64,000 bases of DNA from Phallusia mammillata (Eukaryota). Under the pieces are notes generated by a model, which was not told the origin of the DNA, searched no databases, and saw only the letters and a list, made by a program, of their open reading frames with translations. The DNA is taken from contig OZ281501.1 of NCBI GenBank assembly GCA_965637545.1, positions 1,054,001 through 1,118,000 on the forward strand, read 5' to 3'. Position numbers and translations under genes: made by a program. Shown piece after piece: positions 53,021 through 64,000 of this stretch (positions are counted from its first letter, which is position 1; each line of letters begins with the position of its first letter).

Positions 53021-53177
53021 TGACGCAGCAGCGGCTCTATTAATACTTGCTGATGCGTGCCGTGTAAACGAATTTCCGATGACGCAGTATACGTAGGTGT
53101 GTGACGCAGAGCGGTACAACGTCATTGCTTTTTTCTCTCGCTGCTATTTTCTTTTTGGTAACAGACGCCTTACGTCA
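53021..53177. promoter_or_regulatory. Cluster of five CRE/ATF-like TGACG half-sites upstream of CSRNP
   Basis: TGACG at 53021, 53080 and 53102; CGTCA at 53120 and 53173; all within a locally GC-richer patch. Confidence 0.5.
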
Positions 53178-53716
53178 TTAACAAAGAGAACGGCCGTCGG
53201 CGAAGGATTGCGGAACAGGTGCCTCGCGTTTTGGGAAAGTTATTTGCACAAATGTTCTATACTGTTGAGCGTTTCTGGATGTTTTTGTACTGTTACAAGT
53301 TATTAATTCATTTTGTGTGTGTGTTTGTGTCAGTTTAAGTGAATTCTTAGAGCAGCGTGCGTTTGAGTGACAGAATTAGGTCAATAGGTTGTGACAAACT
53401 GTTGGTGAAGTGGCTTCTAGTTTTTCAGTTTTTTTAGTTGGATTGTGCATCTAAAGCTTTATATAGTTTAGCTGTCAAACAACTTGTCATGTAGAAAAAG
53501 CAACTTAATTTAATTATAAAAAATACGATTGGTTAAGCAATCAAGCAAGCTTTTTTGTTCAGATTAATTGAGATTATTGCATTTGTAAACCTGTAAGCCG
53601 TTTTCGTTAAAGTTAATTTTGATTTTTCTAGAGCTAGAAGATATTTTGTAAATAAATAGCCTCAATTCTGTTACATATATATTTATATCAGTTAACGACC
53701 ATGTAAAATATGCAAT

Positions 53717-56700
53717 ATGGAGTCGTTGGGTGAACAAGCCTTTGAATGTACATCGTCCCAAGAAGGCTGTAATGCCAGCTATGATTCTGAACTAGCATCT
53801 ATTCTGAACAACACTGATGCTTTTGAAGCAAATAAACATTCAACCAGCTTGTTTGCCAATGGTGTGAAGGCAGATTCGAGCTTTTGTTTTAAGCTTGATT
53901 CCAAACCCAGCTGTGATTTTGCCAATGTGGATACACATATCAGTCTTAGCTGTATTTCTAACAACAGTTTTCACTGTGATAATATCCTAGATGCACCAGA
54001 AAACATGTTACCATCCACCGGCAATACTTTTCATGATGGAACTTTGGACTATTCTTTATCTTGCCAAAGTTACAATGCTCCACCTTTTGAGGGAATAGAA
54101 TCACAAAAAAACCACTCTAATGAAGTGAAAATTCCTTCTGTGGAGCCTTGCAGTGTTGAAAATAATCACCAAGTTTGTGCCCAGGAACACAAATTGAATT
54201 CAACTGAAAATGCCATGCAAAGTGACTGCCCCATGGGCTACGATAAACCTGAAAATTCAAATTCAGAAGAGAGTAAAGACATGCCACTTACAGTCACACA
54301 CAATGCGACAAACTCGGAAAAACTGGCTACAAAACCTTGCTGTCAATCTGTGTCACCATGTATTAATAATAACAAGCTGAATTCTGAGGTGAAAACTCCA
54401 AATGTTGAAGCTAATATGAAGTGTGAAGAAAACATGCAACAGACAACAAAAAATGATGAAACCCAGACGAAATCGGAAGAAGATTTCAGTAATACTTCAC
54501 CCATTTCAAATGAGGAACTATCTCTAGACTCTGGTGTGGCATCTTTAGATGACAATGAAGGCAGTAAAGGTATTGTGCCTTTTGAATGCTTATTACATTA
54601 CTGTACAACTATTTTATGACATGTGTAGTTTGTTTATGATATAAAATGTATTATTTTTGTAAATAATGTGAAGAAAAAGTTGTAAATCTATCCAAACTTC
54701 TTTTTCAGCCTCTCCTTCTGAGGAAAACACCAACAACAATGCAGTACTTAAGAAGGAAAGAAAACGATTAAGAAGCAGTAAGAAAAACCTGTTTATATGT
54801 TATCATGAAATAATATTGTTTTCTATTAGTAGTTTTGTTACATGAATACTAAATTTGCAAATGTAATGTTGTAGGTTTGTCAAAACCAGAGAAATGCACT
54901 TCGGTTAAAAGGAAAAAGAGTTCCTCAGACAAAATGGTCTCATTTTGTGGGGTAACTGTGTTCTATTTCTCAAGAAGACAAAGTTTTGTCACCGTGCCCA
55001 GTCAAGGAGGTTCAACATTGGGTAAGTCTGAAGCTTTCAAATTACAAAAAAACCTTATCCTTTAAAACAACAAACAAACAACGCTTTAAGTGCATGGAGT
55101 ATGGAGAAAAGAGTAGCATAAACTAGTTTCTAATGACAGTTCATGACATGGTATGTAAAGAAAGTTATAAATGAATGTATTATACTTGAATGTTTCATCT
55201 ACACATGATACAGTGATGTTAGATTTGTGCAAACCAAATTCTTTCAAATATTCTAAAACAAAAACTCCATACTTCTTGCTGTAAATATAATTCGGTTTGA
55301 GAGTTATGTAATTTTATGATTGCATATCTATCCTTAGGAATGAGCCTTAGTCATAACCACATGAAGAAAATGTCTCTGAAACAGCATAGAAAGTCAGTTA
55401 TACAGCGTCGAAGATCGATGGAACGGGAACAAAACCGGCAACAAAGAATCAGCATGAAACTTAAGCAGGTCAATACTCTTTTTTTGCTTCATATCAACCT
55501 AAATCAAACAGTTGAAAGACTAACTTATAATGAAAGTAAAAAATAGAAGCTCAATCTTTGACAACTAATTGATAAATACAGAAAACATGAAGTATTTTTA
55601 TAGCCGCAAAATGTAATAATGCTAGTAAAAAAGTATAAAACAATTTTTTTGTATGCCAGATTTTTAGTGTAACCAATATGAATTCAGCTGTTCAAATTGT
55701 AACTGGTCAACATAGTTAAGCCTTTCTTTTTTTGACATATTGTGCAGTTAAAACAAGCTTACCCAAACCTGGAAACGAGCCAACTCATGCTGATGGTCGT
55801 TCAGTCCGAACCAGAAGAGGAAAGTTCAGATTCATCGTCGGCAAGTGAAGACATTGATGATGATGACAACACAGATGATAACTACTTTCTTCAGCCAATT
55901 TCAACTAAAAAAAGAAGACTGCTTCTTAGGTTATTAGAAACTAATAATTGTCAAAATACTATTGTTTATTCCTGTTTTTTCATGTATGTGCAAACTTTGC
56001 ATCTTAACCAATCTTCATTATGCATACCTGAGTGTTAGACACTTTTAAATTAGTTTTATTGGAAAATAGTAGCTGCTTGAGTAAAATTAGCTGTTTGTTT
56101 GAAACATCTCAGCACCACAACAACAAACAGTATGTGTTATCTGGCAAATGAACTGAAATTAAAAATTTTAAATTTAAACTTAAATCACACAGAAACATTT
56201 GACAACAAACTAAAACCACAGCACCAATTTTCCATCAAATTGAATATTTACTTTCAAGTTTTATTACTTTTGTGCTCTGCTGCCTAAAATAGGCTCCAAT
56301 TTTACAGTTACAAGCACATAGAGGTCTGTGTGGTTAATTGCACTTGCCCTGCGCTGCACAAAATTAGAAGGTTGGTTTCGTTGTTGAATTATGAGTCATA
56401 TGAAGATGCTTTATGACTCACAACTGACACATATCAATCAGCAAATCAGCAGCTTGTATTCTTGTAGCCTGGATTTAAACTGAAAGTTTCAATTCTTGTG
56501 ACATTAAACAAAGAAACATGACATAAGTTTTCGCAAATTTTGTAAAAATCTTTGTGTCTGTGTCAAAGTAATGCATCAATTTATAGAATGAAACTCAACA
56601 GCCACATTATTTGACTATTTTCATTTTTGCAGGTAAACACTTTATGCCTTCTATATAATATTTATCATTTTGTACCTGGCTGCTTTATGTCATGCAATGT

Positions 56701-59700
56701 TGTTTCTAAAGAATGCTCTTAAACTGTTAAGCACTGTTGGAAATAATTCTTGGAAAAGCACTAATGCAAACAAAATATATGTTGAACATGTGGCAAATAA
56801 TTAAACATGAGCAGCTTGTACGGTTTTATGGACAGCATAGATAAACTGAAGTATTTTTTGTAGAATGTCTGGGGTCCAAAAGATTGATTCAGAGGAAAAA
56901 CTTTCGAACAAACTGACGCGAGAATCTCGAGAAATATGCGGTTGTGATTGCAATGGTATCTGTCTCCCTTCTACATGCCTATGTGCCCTTTCTGGCATCC
57001 CATGCCAGGTAAGAAATTGTCCTTTCCATTCCCTTGTCATGTAGTTTCATATTTGCTTGCCCCTGTAATCTAAAAGTTCACAACGTGACAACACTTCAGT
57101 CATGACTCTAGCCAAGCCGAAAATTTGACATCATTTCATGCTGTCAGCGTTTTGTTGATTAATCGTTCCACCATTTTGCATGATGACAAGTGTATGACAC
57201 AGTAGAAATGGTGTATGCAATTCTTCTCAAGTAGCTTTTAAAGCTAAACTCTACAAGTGATAACTTTTACAAGGGTAATAAACTGATCTCTAATTGTGTT
57301 ATAAAATTTAAACTTCTGTATAACTACTGCTTTATTGTCAAGTTTAACACGTTTATGAAATTCTAAAAAAAAGGTTTGGTTATTTTGCAACCTCCAAAAA
57401 ACAACTGTTTTAAAATTTAGATCCAAATTCTGTGGCTTGCTTTATGCTTCAGTTGACATAATAGATGTGGTTTATTACATAACTGATGAATTGGATGTAT
57501 TATGTAACTTGCACAAAATGGAGTAATGCTTTAATATTTCATCCATGGATTCAGTTCATGCAATTACCTTATTACAAAGAGTACAAGAGTATATTTTGAG
57601 TTATATATATTACTAAAAAATATCCTACTTCGTGTTTCATTAAGCTGTGCATGCTTAAATGCAGTTAATTTATTTCAATATTTATGTTTGCAGCCTGCAA
57701 GTTTACAAACCAACTACAAATGAAGATATTCATAAACAAAAGATAATATGTCGCTTTTATACAATAGATCAGTGTGGTCCAACTGCAGGCCCGCGGGCCA
57801 ATTGTGGCCCGCGAGATAATTTTGTTCGCCCGCGAAAGTTCTAATACTTTAATGACAACTATAAGTTTTGTTTTCAATAATTCAATGTTTTTAAAATGTG
57901 AGGATTAACACACACTAAATACTGCAAAATCTCCTATTGTGAGGCATGACAAGGCATTGTTATGTAATAAAGGGTTCTGTTTCTATAAAGCGTTCAGGGG
58001 CATTTTTGCGCTAGAGTGGAAACTGAATGTTTTTGACAGCTTCTACTTAGAAAACAAATATAAAAATAAACTTATCTATAGATAAAAAACGGTCTATAGT
58101 TACCCTAGAGTTTGACCTGGAAAAAAGTTTTTCCGACAAAAATTTAAACCTTGGCCCGCATACTAAGTTAACGATTTTGAATGGCCCGCACCAAACCGAA
58201 GTTGGACCACACTGCAATAGATTAACAAACATGACATAAACCTATCTCAATCACATGCACTACACATACAAGTTTACCCAAAACTAAACGTTAAAGTTTT
58301 AAACAACCTTATGCCTTGATATTGGCGATAACAACATCTGATATTAAAATACATTTACAATTTTGTGATTTTAATCCTGTTGTTGGTTCAGGTTGACAGA
58401 GAGTCATTTCCATGTGGTTGTACAGCTCAGGGATGTTCGAACACTAATGGCAGAGTAGAATTTGATGCAGAGCGGGTTAGAACGCATTACTCTCGAACAA
58501 TGAGAAGGCTTCGCATTGAGGAAACTGGAATGACTTCCAGCCAAGGTAGTTGACAAACCGAAACTGCACTGTTGTGATACACACATGTAAAAACATCAAA
58601 CTTATAGAGCTCTTCTGGCAATTGTATATTTATTCCGACTTTTGAATGTCCTATACAGGTCGCCTTCATCAGGGCATGTCAAAATACTAGTTCCTAAGTA
58701 TTAAATTTTTTGTATTCCCTTTTCCTGCTTTCCGTTTCGGCATGGCTGAATAAGTTTCCTGTTTAGCAAGAATGACAATCAACTTTGTTTAGTAATTGAT
58801 TGGGGCTAAACTTCACTCTTGTAATTTGCCGTTGTGTCGGTATAAAATTAATTCCAGCCCATGTTGGTGGTGATGACTTTTTTACTTTAAAAGAAACTTT
58901 TCATTAAATGCCAAAAAACTTTAATTTTCAACAATTTAAAGCCATAATAATCTGGCAAATGTTAGTAGTATTCCACTGTTTAATGAGTAAATGCCAGTTT
59001 TAACACAGTTATATCTTTGCAGATGTGCCAGTGAATCCGGCTTTAGAACTGAGGCAGTCACCATATGTTGCAGCTGGGAATAATAATGGGGAAATGTTTG
59101 AAAGCACAGCAGCTCAAGCATCCCAATTGTCCACTGCTTGCAACACTGGATGCACAACCACCCTCCAACAACTTGGTACGAAGTAATTCACTAATAGCTT
59201 CCTCTTTTGACTTTCGGTAGCATGAAAAATTTTCCCTGCTCAATTAAAACAGAACGTTTGTTTTATCATGGAATATAATGACTGGTTTTCCATCTATTTG
59301 TTCAAAAATAAATATTTAAAGATTGATAACCATGACATAATATTAACTAATACTTTGATGCTTAATAATGGCTGGTCCTTAATGCCTAGTTTTTTAAAAT
59401 AAACAACATATGAAAACCCTCCTATAACAGGAATAAGTTGGGCAAAATATCGCTTGATTTTTTTGACCAGGAAACTAACATGCAATGTTTAACGACTTTA
59501 TTAGTTTCCTTGTTGCTTTACGTAGCCTTATACAATAGAGGGATGTTGTTGCTTTGTAGCCATATACAATAAAGGATTTTCCTCATAACAATACATGCAT
59601 TTATGATTAGGTGAGGAACAGTGTTGCTCTTCAAACACAACTAACTTCAACCAGTCCAATAACGGACACAGACCTTTTTCACAAACTGCCGAAAAGGGTT

Positions 59701-60284
59701 GGTATATGGAAAACACTTGTAAAAATGTTTATCAGAATTCCAACATGTGGAACAGTGCGGCAAGCCCTCACCCGAACCAGCATTATAATGCACCGAATAT
59801 TTCATTCCTTCCACGACATGAGAATGCAGTAGAAGGGCAACAGTATATGGAACCACAAGCAGCAACACATGCGCTACCAGTGAGCAGTAACAATTACCTC
59901 AATGACTGTATTTACTCTGTCAGTGAAAACGAGATGTGTTTTCCTGCACAGTACGGAGCATCACACACTAAAGCTACACCCTTGGATATTGCTGTTAATG
60001 AAGCATCAACATTTCGTTTAGACCCGATAGCTTCTTTCTTTCCGCAAGTTGAAACTGTTGATAAAATAACGAGTAGAGCGACTGTTTACGACAACAGTTT
60101 CACTGCTACAAACTCCGTCGCCAGTACCCTCGCTAGCTGCCAGAATTTTAATGGTATCACTTACCACACTGAAATGGAAAGTCTTCCTACAGGCCTGAAC
60201 TTTCAAACTTGTGATAGCGATAACTTGTCTATTGCAACATCATCAAGTGAGCATGGCCAAGATGCAGTTGACGTTGTGGCGTAA
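53717..60284 (+). CDS. CSRNP: Cysteine/serine-rich nuclear protein (CSRNP/AXUD1 family), 9 coding exons, about 835 aa
   Basis: Exons 53717-54569,54709-54777,54875-55021,55338-55468,55748-55929,56864-57008,58392-58545,59023-59175,59611-60284. Sum 2508 nt, phases consistent. Conserved [98 protein letters not shown]. The start codon is the least certain part. Confidence 0.9.
57770..58214. mobile_element. hAT-type MITE (445 bp, CSRNP intron 6)
   Basis: TIR CAGTGTGGTCCAAC / GTTGGACCACACTG; perfect 8-bp TSD CAATAGAT. Confidence 0.88.
58601..58676 (-). mobile_element. Penelope-like terminal remnant with decayed hammerhead (CSRNP intron 7)
   Basis: CCCTGATGA AGGCGACCTGTATAGGACATTC AAAA GTC GGAATAAA...CCAGAAGAGCTC; same family as 31057-31172. 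Confidence 0.6.
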
Positions 60285-62237
60285 ATGTTGTCCAATCTTG
60301 CTTCCTGCCTCAAACTATGTGGTACCGCCCGAGATGACTTTGTTTTGCACTGATTTTGGGGTTTTGCAGTATTGTAGTAGATTGCATTTTGAACATAGAG
60401 CGCTTGTTGACAAGTGCATCATATTAAGATGGAATTTTTTGATGATACAAGCAAAATTGGAAAGCCCTAAATTTGAAGAAAAGTTGCTGGAAGAAACGTT
60501 TTTCTAAAATTGACTTGAAATGTAGCAGTGAGCTATTTTGTACAACAACTTTTCTTTGTGTGACAATAATTGTGTATTCACATATGTTTGGTGGTTCTTT
60601 CATTATTTTGATATCTTGTTTTGCCTAATTAGGTTTTTTTTGTGGTGCCTCTAGGCAATTTCTTCGTTTTAAAGAACCTTTATTTATTTCCACTGCATTT
60701 AGAGAATTGTTTTGCAGTGTAGCACAAATACATATTTCTTGCACAGTATTAACTATTAAACCACTTCCGCTAGTGAATGACCTACTAAGATAATATATCT
60801 ATTCTTTAAAGTGCCACGTTTAACACAAAGTCTTTAAACCAACTCTTTTAAGTAATTAAAATAGTGCCTTTTTTATTAAACCCAACTTTTGCAGCAAGTT
60901 GCATAAAGCTTTTGTACTATTGTGTTTTTAGACTAATCGGTTTCGGTAAAAAATATGATCATTGCTAAAAATTTATTGAATTTGTCAGATAATTATGAAA
61001 AAAGATTCATGCATATATTTTGTTCTACGTCCATCCTTAGTGTTAAACCTCCATCAGAATGCCATGTCCCAACAAACGTAGTATTTCAGTATTTATTTTT
61101 GCTGATGCATGTTTGTGTGCAATTACAAGTTGGTACACTTAACCTTGAGATATTTTTACAACTTTGTACATATTAGTTGGCTGTACCACACTACTGTGTC
61201 CTGATGTGTTGCCTTTTTTACATTTCTATTCACAAGTTGGGACACAAATTGAACTTTTTCGGGTTCTCTCCTCAATTGATTTCCTTATTTTGTGTGCTAC
61301 AAAGTTGATTAAATTATATTTTTGCCTTTCCATACATGCAGCAAATGAAATGGTTTTTGGATGAATGCATTTGTTACCTTTTTAAGGAGATTGAAAATTT
61401 TTGCCTGAAAAGACTCAATGAAATTTCATATCGCAAGCTGTGCTGTCAAATTGAAATCTAAATTATCCTTTTTTTAGTTAAATCTTGACCGACAATGCAA
61501 ATTTTTACTCATCATTTCTTTCCTTGTGTTTGTTGTTCTACTTTTTAGCCCAAATCATTTGTTGTTTGAAGTAAATACTTTGCAGATGTTCTACCATTTT
61601 TGTGTTTGTTTTCAATATATTGAGTAAAATAGTAAACATTTCTGGCCCTAAAGAAAATGTTTAATCCCTTTGAAGTGGCTTTGGTGGATCCAAGGTCTTT
61701 AAATATACCTTTCCATCTACCTTGCTTGTGCAAACAGTGTACAAATGTCTAATGATGAAGTAAAACCAAGGAACAAACACCACTTATTTGGTACAAAACA
61801 ATGTCTTGGTCTCTATTCTGTATGACTTGCTTTGCCACTCTATACGTAATTCGACTGGGTAACTTTGTTTTGCTTCACGGCTTTTTATGTACAAGTCAAT
61901 GCAGATTATTAGTGGACTGGAGTGTTTGAGTTTTTGCTACTGCTTCCAACGTTATTTGCCAGTCGTACGCCGCACAAGACTGAAGCCAGATCGTGTTGTT
62001 GGCTTGGCGGTTTTGAAATACAGAAAATTCGAATAAAAATGTTTTGTGTGTCTTTGTGATGTAGGTTTGCATAGAAAACCAAACCTGGCCCGGACTTACG
62101 AGGAAAAGACCTAGGGTAGGCTCTCTGTATTCCTAAAAGAATAAGCTATTTCTTTAGCATCTTTAGTCGGTTCTGTACATTAATACGGTAAAGTAATCAA
62201 ATAAATCTACAGTGTGATAGTATTATTGTGTCAGTGA

Positions 62238-63721
62238 CAGACATGGGGTCGAATACAGGCGTCCTGTATTCGAATACTTTACGAATACTTGCATCATTGT
62301 ATTCGAATTCATGAATACTTTGGTAATTTTTGAGTGACAGCAATTCGAATGGTATTCGAATAAAACGAGTCAAGTATTTGTATTCATGAATTGTTGACCA
62401 AACTACAATGACAAGTAATTCGAATACTATTCGAATAAACCAAGGCATGTATTCGTATTCATGAATTCTACGCACTTTTTGACGTTCGGCAATTCGAATT
62501 GTATTCGAATAATGCGAGTCAAATATTCGTATTCACGAATTGTTTCGTAATGTTAAGGTGGCAGCAATTCGAATTGTATTCGAATAAAGCGTGTCAAGTA
62601 TTAGTATTTATGAATAGTTGACCAACAAACAACAACGTGTAATTCGAATACTATTCGAATAAACCCCAAGCGTGTATTCGTATTCATGAATACTTCGTCC
62701 TTTGTAAGATGTAGTGCTAGTTATTTGTATTCACGAATTGTTCAGTTGTTGTAAGAACCAAACAATTCGAATAGCATTCGAATGCACCGATTCGGATATT
62801 TGTAGTTGCGGAAAATAAAAGAAATAAAAGCGCCCCGAAACTTAAAATGTATTCGATCAAAAAGTAACATGGGTTTATGAATTGCAAATTTATTGGTAAA
62901 AATGTAAACCAACGAGCTGTTTGTTGCCACATTAGCTTGACTGATTTAAGTCTCCGTTATATAAATTTCACCAAATTTCATGAGATGTTTGCTTCATGAA
63001 CACGTTACGCCTGTCATGTGCTGAGAACAACCCAGTATTGCAAGCTTTGTAACACAATTCCATTTATGTAACGTCACAATTAAACTTCTATGTGTCATTG
63101 TTTCGTAACATTAACAAAAACTTGTCAAAACAGGTCACTGCCAATTTGAATTGTATTCGAATCTATTTGGCAAAAATATGTAGCAAAATATTCTCGACTA
63201 CTCCTAGTCTGGAGGTAATCGACAATTCGAATTGTATTCGTAAAAATGTAGTCATGTATTCGAATTTATGCATCTTACGTTGCCAAAAGCTGACAACAAT
63301 TCGAATTGAATTCGTAAAAATGTAGTCATGTATTCGATTTTGCAAATTCTTACGTAACCACGGGCTGACAACAATTCGAATTGTATTCGTACAAATGTAG
63401 TCATGTATTCGATTTTACGAATTGTTACCTTGTCAAAGGCCGACAACAATTCGAATTGTATTCGTAAAAAATATCGTGTATTCGAATTTGCAAATTCTTA
63501 GGTTGGCAAAAACCTACAACAATTCGAATTGTATTGGAACAAATTTACCCAAGCTTTTGTATTCATGAATTGTTGGTTCAAAAGATAACATCAACTATTC
63601 GAATTGTATTCATGCACCATCGAACGAAAGCCAAAATCATTCGAATACAGCACGAAGGTGGCAAAACCTGTATTCGAATGCATTCGAATACGAATGACGA
63701 ATACGAATTGCCCCATGTCTG
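62238..63721. mobile_element. Non-autonomous hAT-type DNA transposon (1484 bp) with two ATTCGAAT-rich ~75-bp tandem arrays
   Basis: TIR CAGACATGGGG / CCCCATGTCTG; perfect 8-bp TSD GTCAGTGA; arrays at about 62270-62800 and 63140-63710. Confidence 0.88.
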
Positions 63722-63742
63722 GTCAGTGATACATATTAAAAG

Positions 63743-63832
63743 TTTATACAGCTCTTCTAGCAATTGTAGGACCTGCATAGGACGTCAAAACGTCGGAATA
63801 AAACAATACAATGGCCAGAAGAGCTCTATAAA
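63743..63832 (+). mobile_element. Penelope-like terminal remnant with imperfect inverted arms
   Basis: GACCTGCATAGGACGTC AAAA CGTC GGAATAAAA...CCAGAAGAGCTCTATAAA, with a 26-bp inverted copy (3 mismatches) at 63743-63768. Confidence 0.6.
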
Positions 63833-64000
63833 CGTGATATTATGCCTGGTAGCAATAGCTTATTTATACATATTGTACTTATCATGTTATTCGTTGTTAA
63901 CCAAACAATTTCTATTGTTTCTATAATCCGACCAATCAGAGACGACTAACTTTCGGTAAAATACCTCCTCTCATTGGATGCAGAGTTTTTCCCGCCTTAT

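Noticed and set aside
62270-63710. CRISPR array or heat-shock elements
   Set aside because: Eukaryotic context, degenerate units, no cas genes, enclosed by TIRs and a TSD. TTCGAA lacks the 2-nt spacing of nTTCnnGAAn.

Overview
AT-rich, intron-containing animal genomic DNA; an invertebrate deuterostome such as an ascidian is plausible, but that is inference only. About 52 kb is a tandem/inverted cluster of nine 12-exon firefly-luciferase/4-coumarate-CoA-ligase-like (ANL superfamily) genes, labelled G1-G9 here, plus relic fragments. By manual exon assembly, G1, G3, G7, G8 and G9 have intact ORFs (521-528 aa). G2, G5 and G6 are pseudogenes, and G4 carries a single homopolymer frameshift. The cluster shows chimerism, gene-conversion tracts, an inverted duplication, different C-terminal targeting tripeptides (SKM, SKY, none), and a divergent pair (G7/G8) that has lost the two A8-loop lysines of the second half-reaction. 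Intron 8 of G9 holds a complete, very recent Gmr1-type Ty3/gypsy LTR retrotransposon (gag-PR-INT-RT-RNaseH order, tRNA-Pro PBS, 5-bp TSD). A 9-exon CSRNP-family gene follows, preceded by five CRE-like half-sites. Introns and spacers carry many hAT/pogo MITEs and numerous hammerhead-ribozyme motifs: two look intact, two have intact cores, and others are decayed, including back-to-back pairs on opposite strands. A 1.5-kb non-autonomous hAT element with phased ATTCGAAT arrays lies near the right end. All coordinates and translations were derived by hand.
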